Positions 51,690-64,000 of a stretch of 64,000 nt of DNA are shown here, one piece after another. Position numbers and translations under genes: made by a program. The DNA comes from the human T2T-CHM13v2.0 reference genome, Homo sapiens: assembly GCF_009914755.1 (NCBI RefSeq), contig NC_060938.1; one strand, given 5' to 3'. The notes beneath the pieces were generated by a model. That model was not told where the DNA came from. It saw only the letters and a list, made by a program, of their open reading frames with translations, and made no database searches. Position 1 is the first letter of the stretch; each line of letters begins with the position of its first letter.

Positions 51690-52405
51690 TCACACAACCT
51701 ATCAAAACCTCTGACATACAGCAAAAGCACTGCTAAGAGGAAAGTTCACAGCATTAAATGCCTTCATCAGAAAGTCTGAAAGAGCACAAATAGACAATCT
51801 AAGGTCACACCTCATGGAACTGGAGAAACAAGAATGATCCAAACCCCAACTCAGCAGAAGGAAAGAAATAATGAAGATCAGAGCAGAACTTAAAGAAATT
51901 GAAATTAAAAAAAAAAACAGCAATGCAAAGAGTAAATGAAACAAAAATCTATTTCTTTGTAAAGATAAATAAAATTTATAGATCATTCGTGAGATAAACC
52001 AAGAAAAGAGAGATGATCCAAATAAGCTCAATTAGAAACAAAATGGGAGATATTACAGCTGGTACCACAGAAATACAAAAGATTATTCAAGGCTACTATG
52101 AACACCTTTATGTAGAAAACCTAGAGGAGATGGATAAGTTCCTGGAAACCCAGGATTAAACCAGGAAGATATAGAATCTCTGAACAGACCAACAACAAGA
52201 AGGAGATTAAAATGGTAATAAAAAAATTGCCAACAAAAACGTGTCCAGGACCAGATGGATTCACAGCTGGATTCTATTAGACATTTAAAGAAGAATTTGT
52301 ACCAAACCTACTGAAACTATTCCAAAAGATATAGAAAGGGTGAATCCTCCCTAAATCATTCTATGAAGCAAGCATCACCCCAATACTAAAACCAGGAAAG
52401 GACAT

Positions 52406-52431
52406 AACAACAACAACAACAACAACAACAA
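52406..52431. repeat. (AAC)8 microsatellite within L1PB1
   Basis: aacaacaacaacaacaacaacaac seen directly. Confidence 0.95.
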
Positions 52432-53931
52432 AACTACAGATGTGTATCCCTGATGAACATTGATGCAAACATCCTCAACAAAATACTAGCCAAGTGAATC
52501 CAACAGCATATCAAAAAGATAACCCACCGTGATCAAGTGGGTTTCATATCAGGGATGCAGGAATGGTTTAACATATGTAAGTCAATAAATGCGATACACC
52601 ACATAAACAGAATTAAAAACAAAAATCATATGATTATCTCAATAGACACAGAAAAAGTATTTGACAAAATCAAGTATCCCTTTATGATTAAAACCCTCAG
52701 CAAAATTAGCATAGAAGGGATATACCTTAAGGTAATAAAAGCCATCTATGACAAACCCACAGGCAACATACTGAATGAGGAAAAGTCGAAAGCATTCCCC
52801 CTGAGAACTGGAACAAGACAAGGACGCTCACTTTCACCCCTTCTATTTAACATAATATTGAAAGTCCTACCCAGAGTACTAAGAAAAGAGACAGAAATCA
52901 AGGGCATCCAAATCGGTAAAGAGGAAGTCAAACTGTCGCTGTTGGCTGGTAATATGATTGTATACCTAGAAAACCCAAAGTGTCCTCTGAAAAGCTTTTA
53001 GAACTGGTAAATGAATTCAGCAAAGTTTCATGATACAAAATTAATGTACACAAATCAGTAGGTCTGCTATACACCAACAGCAACCAAGCTGATAATCAAA
53101 TCGAGGACTCAATGCCCTTGACAATAGCTGCAAAAAAAAAAACAAAAAAAAAAAAACTTAGGAACATACCTAACCAAGGACATGAGAGACCTCCACAAGG
53201 AAAACTACAAAACACTGCCAAAAGAAATAATAGATGACACAAACAAATGAAAACACATCCCATGCTCTTGGATGGGTAGAATCAATATTGTAAAAATGAC
53301 CATACTGTCAAAACAATCTACAAATTTGATACAATTCCCATCAAAATACAACCATCATTCTTCACAGAACCAGAAAGAACAATCCCAAAATTCATATGGA
53401 ACCCAAAAAGAGCCCACATAGCCTAAGCAAGACTAACCAAAAAGAACAAATCTAGAGGCATCACAGTACCTGACTTTAAACTATACTATAAGGTCATAGT
53501 CACCAAAACAGCATGGTAGTGGTATAAAAATAGGCACATAGACCAGTGGAACAGAATAGATAACCCAGAAATAAAGCCAAATACTTATAGACAACTAATC
53601 TTTGACAAAGCAAACAAAAACATAAAGTGTGGAAAGGATACCCTATTCAACAAATGGTGTTGGGATAATTGGCAAGCCACATATGGAAGAATGAAACTGG
53701 ATCCTCATCTCTCACCTTATACAAAAATCAACTGAAGATGGATCAAAGACTTAAATCTAAGACCAGAAACCATAAAGAATGTAAAAGATAACATTAGAAA
53801 ATCCCTTCTAGACATTAGCTTAGGCAAAGACTTCATGACCAAGAACCCAGAAGCAAATACAACAAAAAACAAAGATAAATAGATGGGACTTAAACTAAAA
53901 AGCTTCTGCACAGCAAAAGAAATAATGAGCA

Positions 53932-54332
<401 letters not shown>

Positions 54333-54854
54333 CTACAAAGAACTCAAATCACCAAGAAAAAAACAAACAATCCCATAAAAAAGTGGGCTAAGGACATGAA
54401 TACACAATTCTCAAAATAAGATACACAAATGATCAACAAGCATATGAAAAAATGTTCAACATCACTAATGATCAGGGAAATGCATACCAAAACTACATGA
54501 TTTCACTTTACTCCTACAAAAATGGCCATTAACAACAACAAGAAAATAATAGATATAGGCATGGATGTGGTGAAAAGGGATCACTTTTACACTGTTGGCA
54601 GGATTGTAAACTAGTACAATCACTATGGAAAACAGTGTGGAGATTCCTTAAAGAAGTAAAAGTAGATCCCGTTATCCTACTAGTAGGTATCTACCAGAGG
54701 AGAAGAAGTCATTATATGAAAAAGGCACTTACGAAAAAGACACTTGCACACACGTTTTATAGCAGCACAATTTGCAAGTGCAAAAATATGGAACCAGCCC
54801 AAGTGTCCATAAATCAATGAGTGTATAAAGAAAACGAGTGTATAAAGAAAATGT

Positions 54855-54949
54855 AATATATATATTATATATATAATATACACACACATATATATATATA
54901 CAATATATATACACACACACACATATATATATATACACACACACATATA
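54855..54949. repeat. (TA)n/(CA)n compound microsatellite
   Basis: Read directly, within the L1PB1 3' region. Confidence 0.95.
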
Positions 54950-55813
54950 AGACCAAGCATCATATATTCCCACTTATGTATGGGAGCTAAGCTATGAGGA
55001 TGCAAAGGCATAAGAATTATACATTGGACTTTGGGGACTTGGGAGATAGGGTGGGGGCTGGTGAGAGATAAACAACTACACATGTGGTACACTGTATGCT
55101 GCTGGGTTGATGGGTGCACCAAAATCTCAGAAATCACCACTGAAGAACTTACTCATGTGACCAAACCCCACCTGTTTCCCAAAACCTATTAAAACATATA
55201 AAAAATTTAAAAAACGAAAGAGGGAACTATGGAAACTTAAAAAAAAGTCTCAGTGAAGAAGTGCAGAATTAAAAAACAAATAAAGCTCTCTTGACATTAA
55301 ATGCCAGATATTGGGCTGTCTAGTCATGTTGCTTGGGCCAAAACACATCTTTTCAGTATTCCCCGCCTTCCGTGCCTTGCTTCTAAAATACTTTATTGTA
55401 ATTCTCTAGTTTATCTTACAGTAATTTATTTAGTCTTGTACTTTGTTTTAAATGTTGACTATTCTTCCAGATTTTTTGTATAATGGAAATGTAATTAATC
55501 ATCCATTTCCTTCTTCATCTACATTTATAACATATTAGAAGACATTAAATACTTAGACTCTAATAATTCTTGAGATTATATATGACAGATTTGCAGTTCA
55601 ATTTTTTGTAAGGCATTTGTATTTTATCCAGAAAGTAAGTAAAAGAGGTAAACACATTAATTGAGAAGGCATGAGGATTCTTATGCTGTTAATTTAATTT
55701 GAGATATTTAAATGGATTATGGTGCCATTGCTTTTCCTGGGTAGCTCTGAAAAATGCCTTTGTAGGAACAGTATGTGACTTTATAGGAGGCCACAGTAGG
55801 CACTTTGTTGAGC

Positions 55814-55857
55814 AAAATTAGCCTGGCATGGTGGTGCACACCTGTAATCCCAGCTAC
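55814..55857 (+). mobile_element. Isolated 44-bp internal Alu fragment
   Basis: 'aaaattagcctggcatggtggtgcacacctgtaatcccagctac' is the linker end plus the start of the right monomer. No poly-A and no TSD. Confidence 0.88.
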
Positions 55858-58317
55858 GTGAAGAAAATACCTGAGTATAGAATATGAATTCTGTTGTAGG
55901 GGAAAAAAGTGGACTTCAGCTGTTTTTCTTTGCAATTTTCCAGAGGCCAAATATGTTCCATATTATCTTTCTCCCCACAAAGTGTACACAGGCTAGTTGG
56001 TCAGTCTTTGTAATTATTGTCAGTTGATCTACAAAGTACAACCTGTGGTTTAGAGTCCAGGGTTCCATTCCTGACTTCTCCGTTGCTCACGAGTTGATTA
56101 AACAGAGTCTTAATGCTTAAATTTGAGTTGAAAGGATTATGTTCTTCTTTTGAGCCTTTGAAATCTAGGTTGGACTTTGAGTAATATTGCATTTAGTGTA
56201 AGATGTGTATTGGAAACATGAATCAACTATCGCATTAGAGTGTCATCACTAAGAAGAATTCAGAATGATAAATATGTGGCCACATTCTCTGAATAGGTAA
56301 AGGAAATTGCTCTAGTTTTGGGAATTGCAATGGTTACTCTTTGAACAGCTGTAAAAAATACATTCTCTATTTTCTGTACTTAGGACGGTCACATACTTTA
56401 ATGAAAACATTATACCCATTTTAATCCCATGTATATCACAGGAAAGAAGTATAGATTAGCATTCTAGTGTTATATTTAGTATTTTGTTCTGTCATCAAAT
56501 AACAATGAGTCTACATGTTTATTCAATTCCTTCAATTTCACAATTTCCCTAAATTTCAGCTAACAGCAACTCTAAGCTTTACAATAACCTAACAAAATTC
56601 TCAAAATATTTCAGAGCAGGGTAATAAAAGGATAGGTGCACAGGACATTCTTCTTTCCCTATTAAATGTAGTACTTTACTTTTCATTATCTATTTACTAA
56701 AATGAAGCTGTTTTATCGTGGAACATAATGATATAACTCTAATATGTCAACTTAATGAACACTCTACTAAAATAAATATATTTGGAAAACTGGGTAGTTC
56801 ATTGTAACTTTTTTTTCTGTAGTAATGGAACAGTTTTTGAAAACACCTAAAAAAAATCACATTTTGGCTGATTGGTGTGGGGTTCAGAGGGAAAAGCACC
56901 AGAAGGGACATGGGCTAACATGAAAGTCAGGCTGACAGCAGAACACATGGAACATCTACTCTGCCACAGACTGAGAGAAAATTTGGTTATGATAATTAAA
57001 ATAGATTTGCAAGGCCCATTAATACTTTACGATTTATGTATTTGTTAGTCTTTCATTGATGATAGCTTTGTGTTCTATATTATTTTTACTTGAGTGGCTT
57101 TAAAAGTCAGCATTAGAATAAATTAATGTAAAGGCTTGGTAAAGAGATCTTCTATGTTCCAGAGGCAGTGGCATGGAATAATAGGGGAAAATCAGAGAGC
57201 TAGGTCTGAAATACCAATTTAGCAATAGGCAGGCAATGCTGGGAGATATTTGAAATAGTCCAACAGATGTAAGCCAACAGCTAATATTTGAAAATCTATA
57301 GGCAAAAGTTTTGTTTTTTCTTTTTAGTATAAGGACTCTGATAAATGCTTCTGATTCTGTACTCGAGAGTGCTTTTTGGAATCTAAGTCTACCTCTGTAA
57401 TGACATCTACCTTAACCATGTGTTGCACATATGATTTTTGAAAACTGATGAATCTTCTCAAATTTTTAGCTAATAAAATATCCATGGCACACCCAGTCAC
57501 TTGCCTGAGGTACTGTGGGACTGTCTCTATAGAAAGGAAGTATTCTACCTATTTTGTGCTAAGCCAGCAGAAACATTAGAACTCAGTTAGCCAAGGTCAT
57601 GTAATGCAATCAGGGTGATTCAGGCGAACTAGAAATCTCAGCTCTTTTTATCTTCTTTCTGTGTGCATTGAAAAAAATATTGATGATGAAAAAAAGGATA
57701 TTAAAGAAAGTAGTTGTCTTTGGTGAGTTCAATCAAGGGCAATCCTAAAACAGAGCTAACATAGAGAGGTAGCTCCCTCATCTAGGCATTGGACAGCTGT
57801 CGCAGTTAGCTTATACAACTTTGACACTGCACTGTGCTTATAATTGAAGTTCATCTTTGTGAGATTTTAGCAGAACCTGGTCAAAGAGGTTGGTCATTAA
57901 AGGCAGGAAGCACAGCAACTTTAGTAAATATACTAGAAAGAAATGCAATTTTCTTTAGCAAGGTGTTAAGGGAGCTTTTGAAATTTATCTTAATTTAGCC
58001 TAAGAAAGATGTGACCTTGCTCCTACATCTTGCTGTAGAGTTGCTTTTTGATGTACTTCCTTTACATACTAAGGAAGACGACTGTGTTCCCTTAATTGAA
58101 TTTGTGTTCTATTACTTTCTCAGTAAATTCTATTTTAGTAGCCTTATAAATTGACCATAAAAACCTATGCTAGACTGAAATTCCAGGGACATAGGAGAAA
58201 AATATTTCTTTCATTAAAAAAGACATTTATTTATAAAAGATTCAAGGTCATTTAAGAGTTAATTATCTTATTAAATCTTTAAAAGTTTATTAAAGTTTCT
58301 TGTTTTTTTCTCCTCAG

Positions 58318-58365
58318 AAAATAATCTTCTCCAACTTGCAGTAAAGAACACAGATCATTAGTTAG
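58318..58365 (+). other. Candidate 48-nt exon with stop codons in all three frames
   Basis: Acceptor 'tttcttgtttttttctcctcag|A' and donor 'TAG|gtaagc'. Confidence 0.35.
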
Positions 58366-59099
58366 GTAAGCATGGAATATGGTGTAACAATCACAAAAAT
58401 CTGATTTCAGAAACACTACAGAGCATCAATGCCCTGAGAAGCTGAGTAGTAGAGCAATCTGCCAGGAGCATAGGGACTTTCATGGGGTAGGTACTTTGTG
58501 GTAGGCACAATTCTATTTAAGAGTGCTTTTAAGAGGAAATTCTGAAAGTTGCTTAGTTAGGAACTGAAGACGGTATGATGAAAAGTGGAAAGTGTGTCAA
58601 CCCAGGTGGTTTCCCTTTCTTTAACTCTTTAAAAATCCCTTATAAGCTTTTTTTTTTTGGCCATTGTCCTAGGGCATGACACTGAGAAGAACATTGCCTC
58701 ATTATATACATTCCCCAAAGTTCCATGGCTTTCCTAAGTTCAGTCTCATTTCCTCTTTGTAATCTTCTTCTCCTCCTCACCCTTTCCTGAGGTCTACCTG
58801 TGGGACATACATACTGGCCAAAGTACATAACTGAATGTTGCTGTGGTCTATAGGAGCAGTGGTGACCAAATGATATGTTAGAATAAAGCACAAGTGCTTC
58901 TTCCTGAGGCTCAAATGTCTAGGCAGCTGATCACTGGCTGATCTTAGCTAGGTGTTTGCTGTTCTTATTTCTCTTTCATTCACAAATTCCCCACCTGCCC
59001 TCTATTTTTTTCTGAAATCTGACCCTTAGGGTTGTGGTTTTTACAAGCATACTCCAATTGATATTCTTATAAGTACATAACTATAAGTATACTCATAAT

Positions 59100-61972
59100 A
59101 GGCACACAAGAGAGAAGGAGAAGGCAATGGAAAGATGGATGCAGACATGACAGTGATATAGCCACAAGACAAGGAAGCCAAGGATTGCAGAAAGCCACCA
59201 GAAGTTGGAAAGAGGCAAAGAGGGATTCTCCCTTAGAGCTTCCAGAAGGAGTCTACTTTTACCTATATCTTGATTTTGGACTTTTGGCTGACAGAATTGT
59301 AAGAGAATAAAATTCTGTTGTTTTAAGACATCTAATCTGTGATAATTTGTTGTGGCAGCTGTAGGAAACTAGTATAGATTTTGGTAGGGGGAAGTGGAGT
59401 GCTGCTGTAACAAATGCCTAAAAACATGGAAGTGGTTTTAGAAATGGATAATAGGTAGAGGCTGGAAGAATTTTGAGGCCAAGATAGAAAAAGCCAAATT
59501 ATGGTGAGTGCTCAGAAGGAAGTGAGGAACATGCTAGAGAAAGCTTCTCTCATCTTCGATAATACATATAGTGACATGAGCAAAAATGTTTCTGATAAGA
59601 GCTCAGAAGGAAACAAGGAGCATGTTATTATAAACTGGAGGAAAGGTAATCCTTGTTAAATTAGTAGAAAAAACTTTGGCCAAATTGTGTCCTATAGTTG
59701 TATGGAAAACAGAACTTGTAGGTGATAGCCTTTGATATTTAGCCAAGGAAATTTCCAAGCTAAGTATTAATGGTGTGGCTTTGTTTCTTCATTTTGATTA
59801 CAATAAAATGAAAAAGATAAATTGAGGAAGGAACCATTGAGGCAAAAAAAGCAGCACTTGTGATTTGGGAAATTTGCAATATATACAGATTGCAAAAGAT
59901 GCTACTATTAGGAAAGCATGCTCTGGAGAGAAGCCAAGGGTATGGCTGGACCACCTTTTGCTGAGATTAGATGTATGTCTTATGGAATCATACATACACT
60001 CAACCTTGTCAGAAGAAGCCAGGAATAGAGAGGAGGTTATCCAGGGAAATCTGTGGAGGACCTTCTTCCCTAATGACACAAGACCAGTTGACATACTTAG
60101 GAAATCCACAAGGTTTGTGAAGATTTTATGTCTGCAGACACACTACCAGGCTGGACTGAAAGAGACAGAGGATAAAATGAAAGAAGGCTATTGGACTTCT
60201 GGGAGTCTAAAGGCAGGAAATGGGCTGCAAGAACTACTTACCTAGAAACATGTGCTACCTTTCAAGAATAATGATTCCAATGCCAGAGCTATGATCCCAG
60301 AGACATATGATCCCAGAGCCACAGGCCCAGATGCCTACTAGGCCAGAGCAGCAGGCCCAATGAGTGGAGCCTAGAGTCACAGAGGATTATTCTTGGGCCT
60401 TGAAACCTAATATTTCTTTTGCTGCACGTTAGACTTTCTAGGGATGGGTGACTTCTTTATTCCAATTTCTCCTCTTTGAAATGGGAATATCTATAACTGT
60501 TACCCTATTCCATTCTCACCATTTTATCTTAAAAGCAGATAACTTGTTTTATAGTTTCACAGCTCCACAGGTGGAGAGGAATTTGGCTCCAGGATTATTC
60601 ATACCTAGTTTTGTTACAGTAGGTAGCTAGTCAGACATTAGCAGGTCAGGGGAGGCTTCCTTTACCAACCCAGGAATGTTAGGCAACCATCAGGTGATGG
60701 TCAGATGGTTGTTAACTGTCTCTCTAAAATAATAATTGGTCATAGCCAGTACAAGGGAAAGGAAGTCTTCCAATAAATAGAAACACCTGAAACTGGTGAT
60801 TAGCAGCTTCCCAATAAGGTCTCAGGAGTTGGGCCTGGGCTCAAACATGTGCACTAAATGGCAAAACAGTGGAGTTTAAGTGGTAGATGACCTTCTAGGA
60901 ACATTTGGTGAGGGAAGAACACCACAAATGAGCATGTGTACAACTCCAGTAAACACACTGTACATATGACCCCTCCCAAGTGCTGGCAGGACACTGCAAA
61001 TGTGGACAGCCCACCCCAAGGAAAGAGTCAGTAGAGAAGGGACACAACCCCCGGGAAGCATGCTGGCATATAAACTCCAACTCAAAGATCAAACTGTGCA
61101 CTTAATCTCTCAAGTTGCCTGCTTGGCCATCTTCCAAGCATACTATTTATTTTTTGTCATTCCTGCTCTAAAGCTTTTTAATAAACTTTCACTCCTGCTC
61201 TAAAATATGCCTCGGTCTTTCACTCTGCCTTGGTCTTTCACTCTGCCTTATGCCCCTTGGTCAAATTGTTTCTTCTGAGGAGGCAAGGATTGAGGTTGCT
61301 GCAGACCCATATGGATTCACTGCTGCTAACAGTTTTACCCATACCTGATTTAGATGAAGAGATTTGGGACTTTTGAGCTCATGACATTCAGATAGGATTT
61401 TATACTTACAGTTGACGGCTGTGATAGGCTGATATTTCAGAGGATGTTGGGATGGCCTGAATGTGTTTTGCACATTGGAAAAATATAAATATTTGAGGGC
61501 AATAGGGTGGACTATAGTGGTTTGAATTCTGGCTCTCAAAAACATATGTACACATGTAAATCTCTGAAACCAATGAAAACTACCTTATTTGGAAAAAAGG
61601 TTTTTGCAGATATAATTAAATAACCTTGAGACATTATCCTGGATTACCCAGGTGGGCCTTAAATTCAATGCCAAGGGTCTTTACAAGAGAGAGAAGAGAG
61701 AAAGATACACATGCAGGAGAAGGCAGTGTGGAGACAGGGGCAGAGATTGGTTTCATGTGGCCATAAGCCAAGGAGGTCAAGGAATGCCAGCATCTGCCAG
61801 AAGCGGGAAGAGGCAAGGAAGGAGTCTCCTCTTGAGCTTCTGGAGGTAGTGTGGCCCTGCTGACACCCTAATTTTGGACTTTTGTCTCCAGAACTGTAAA
61901 AAAATAAATTTCTGTAGTTTTAAGACTCCACATTTGTGGTAATTTGTTATAGCAGCCCTATGAAACAAATAA
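59100..61972 (+). mobile_element. Near-complete MLT1C-type MaLR element: partial 5' LTR (59100-59376), internal region (59377-61512), 3' LTR (61513-61972)
   Basis: LTR end 'ggaaactagtata' is followed by the MLT1-int start 'gattttggtag...tgctgctgtaacaaatgcctaaaa'. A homologous full LTR lies downstream. Confidence 0.85.
60612..61331 (+). mobile_element. MER50-like ERV1 solo LTR nested in MLT1C-int
   Basis: TG...CA ends ('tgttacagtaggtagctag' ... 'gctgctaaca'), 4-bp TSD gttt, AATAAA ~61180. Confidence 0.85.
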
Positions 61973-62133
61973 GGAATATCATGTTCAAGCTCTTTTCTTT
62001 AAGGCATTGAGACTTTCTTGGTTATGGTTATAGTTTATTCCTCTATATTATAGTGACAATCAAAATGATTCTGGGCCTCCCCTTCAAATCAACATTTCCT
62101 AGTAGTCCCAGAGTAGCTAATTCCCTATAGAAT

Positions 62134-62647
62134 TGTCAGAGGCATTAGAACCAGAGCGACTCCATTTTTAGTGAGGGCAAGGAAAATGAGGCTGAGACTT
62201 GCTGGGCTGCATTCTCAGAAAATCAGGCATTCTTAGCCTCTAAATGTTTACAGTTAAGGAAACAGTAATGTTTACTAACACAGACCAAGACTGGGTAGTG
62301 TCCAGATATCCCAATATCTGGAGAACAAAGGCATTCTTAATTTTGCTTTAAAGATAATATTAATTCTTGCAAAATATAGTTAATTAAGAAAATTAATCCT
62401 TTATCACAAATCCTTGTAGCTGACCACATCTCCCTGTATATACAAGCATTGTACCTAGGGTGGATGTGTTCCTCCTCTTACTTTTGGGATCATCTTACTC
62501 TGCCTATGGAGTAGCTGTCCTTTCACCACTTGACTTTCTTCATAAACTTGCTTTTACTTTGCACTGTGGACTCACCCTGAATTCTTTCTTGCATGAGATC
62601 CAAGAACCCTCTCTTGGGGTCTGGATCGGGACCCCTTTCCTGAAACA
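62134..62647 (+). mobile_element. MER41-family ERV1 solo LTR
   Basis: 'tgtcagaggcattagaaccagagcgactccat' ... 'ggtctggatcgggacccctttcctgaaaca'. 4-bp TSD gaat. Confidence 0.92.
62212..62220. promoter_or_regulatory. GAS/STAT-type motif TTCTCAGAA in MER41
   Basis: Matches TTCN3GAA. Motif only, no functional evidence. Confidence 0.35.
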
Positions 62648-63109
62648 GAATGACTAATTTCCTTCTGCCTCACTATAAAATTCTCTTCTTCCCAGGCTGT
62701 TGGAGCATATCCTTGGTAGCTTCTACTTCATTCACTTTTCTTTCTTTTCAAAAAGCACACCAAGTAAGTACAGCACCCATCCAACTCTTTATCCTCTTTC
62801 CCATCACCTGGTCACAAAGATCCCCTGCACTTCACTGCCCATTCCTTTCTGTAATGTACCTCTGCTTGAATTCAAATGCACATTTGCATTTTAATGGAAA
62901 TATAATTGACTTCTAGTGAACATTTAAATAATTAAAACTTCACATTTATATTAAAATCCAGTTCCTTTATAGCCTATCCTCCTAACTTTTGGGGAAGATA
63001 GTTTCAACACAGATATGTCCAAATCCAGGTGGTGAGCTTTTAACCAGTTAAGAGTACAATAATTCAAAAACTTCAAGACAAACACAATGTCTTATTACAT
63101 GTATGAACC

Positions 63110-63857
63110 TTTTAGATTAGGCAGATAACCAAGCATAAGCAGGAGGGGTAGCCTTGAGAAAAGAAAAGTCTGGAAAGTCTGAGGCTTGAGGGACCACCCC
63201 AAATTTACATATTAATAGCATCTCTAATGCTGGAGTGGGTGAGCAGGAAGGAGAGGAGGTACCTAGGCAGAAACACCCTGGAATGCCTCTGAAGATGTCA
63301 CAATAATCATTCACTCTACAGTTAAAATGTCAGAATGTTGCTAGATACATGATGATAAAGGAGGAAAGAGAGCAAAAGGGGCTGTCCCAAGAGATACACA
63401 GGTGCAATAAGTAGAGATTTGACAGCTATACAACCTTTCTGGGGTGGTGGTAATGAGCGACACCGCCATTCATTAAGATTCATATTGATCACTGGCCTGT
63501 GCATGTGGATTAACCAATGGTAAAGGAGGGTCCCACAAGCCTGGGTGGGGACAAAGGCAGGGATGTAAGCCAGAAGTGGGAAAACTAGACAAAGGGAAAA
63601 GGTGGAAACTTGAGACAGAAGTGGGAATGTGAAGAGGAAGCCTGACATGATAAAACTCACAGTGCAGGACCCTTGGGGCTATTTTCCTGCAAGAGCAGCC
63701 CACTCCTCTCTTGGTGTGTGCTTATTTTTTTCTGCAATAAGCTCTTTTTTTTCCTGTTTTCTTTCAGTGAAGCTCTCTGTTATCTTTAAACCACCTCTTG
63801 ACTGAAATCTTTCTCCCAAGTTGACAAGGACTGGGACTTCTGTGCTTCCTGGTAACA
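63110..63857 (+). mobile_element. ERV1-class solo LTR (MER66-like)
   Basis: Starts 'ttttagattaggcagataaccaagcataagcaggagggg' and ends 'cttcctggtaaca'. Near-TSD aacc/atcc. Confidence 0.7.
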
Positions 63858-64000
63858 ATCCCAGATTGTAGCAGAGTGACATAACTTGGTAGTAAATGAA
63901 CTATGTTCAGTAGATGTATTTTAGTCCATCATGTTAATCATTACTGATCAAAATAGATGTTTTTTGAAGCAGCTCTGAATTAAAAGTTTAAAAAGTACCA

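Noticed and set aside
59865-60245. 126-aa ORF in the MLT1C internal region as a gag-like gene
   Set aside because: No recognisable motif, a non-ATG start, and it lies in a heavily diverged element.
60290-60385. Imperfect 'cccagag' repeats as a spacer array
   Set aside because: Irregular short repeats inside the MaLR internal sequence, with no unique spacers of constant length.

Overview
This window is AT-rich, gene-poor hominoid genomic DNA, not microbial. An L1PA2-type element points to human or a great ape. It reads as intergenic or deep-intronic, and roughly half is recognisable interspersed repeat. There are eight LINE-1 insertions of different ages (L1PA2 to L1MA, including a full-length degraded L1PB1), eight Alus plus one orphan Alu fragment, several MaLR/ERV LTRs, MIR/L2 relics and small DNA-transposon remnants. 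The LTRs include a near-complete MLT1C element with a nested MER50-type LTR. Every ORF over 150 aa derives from L1 ORF2, and I recognise no host protein-coding gene, tRNA, rRNA or CRISPR array. I did not find a convincing new biological system. The best-supported observations concern retrotransposition mechanism: an L1PA2 carrying a ~290-bp 3' transduction inside 17-bp TSDs, a twin-priming inverted L1, and an old L1MA with both ends and TSDs but no ORF1/EN (possibly spliced). A 562-codon MIR-L1 chimeric ORF is also directly visible. More speculative are three candidate + strand exons. Repeat subfamily names come from remembered consensus sequences and need RepeatMasker/Dfam confirmation.
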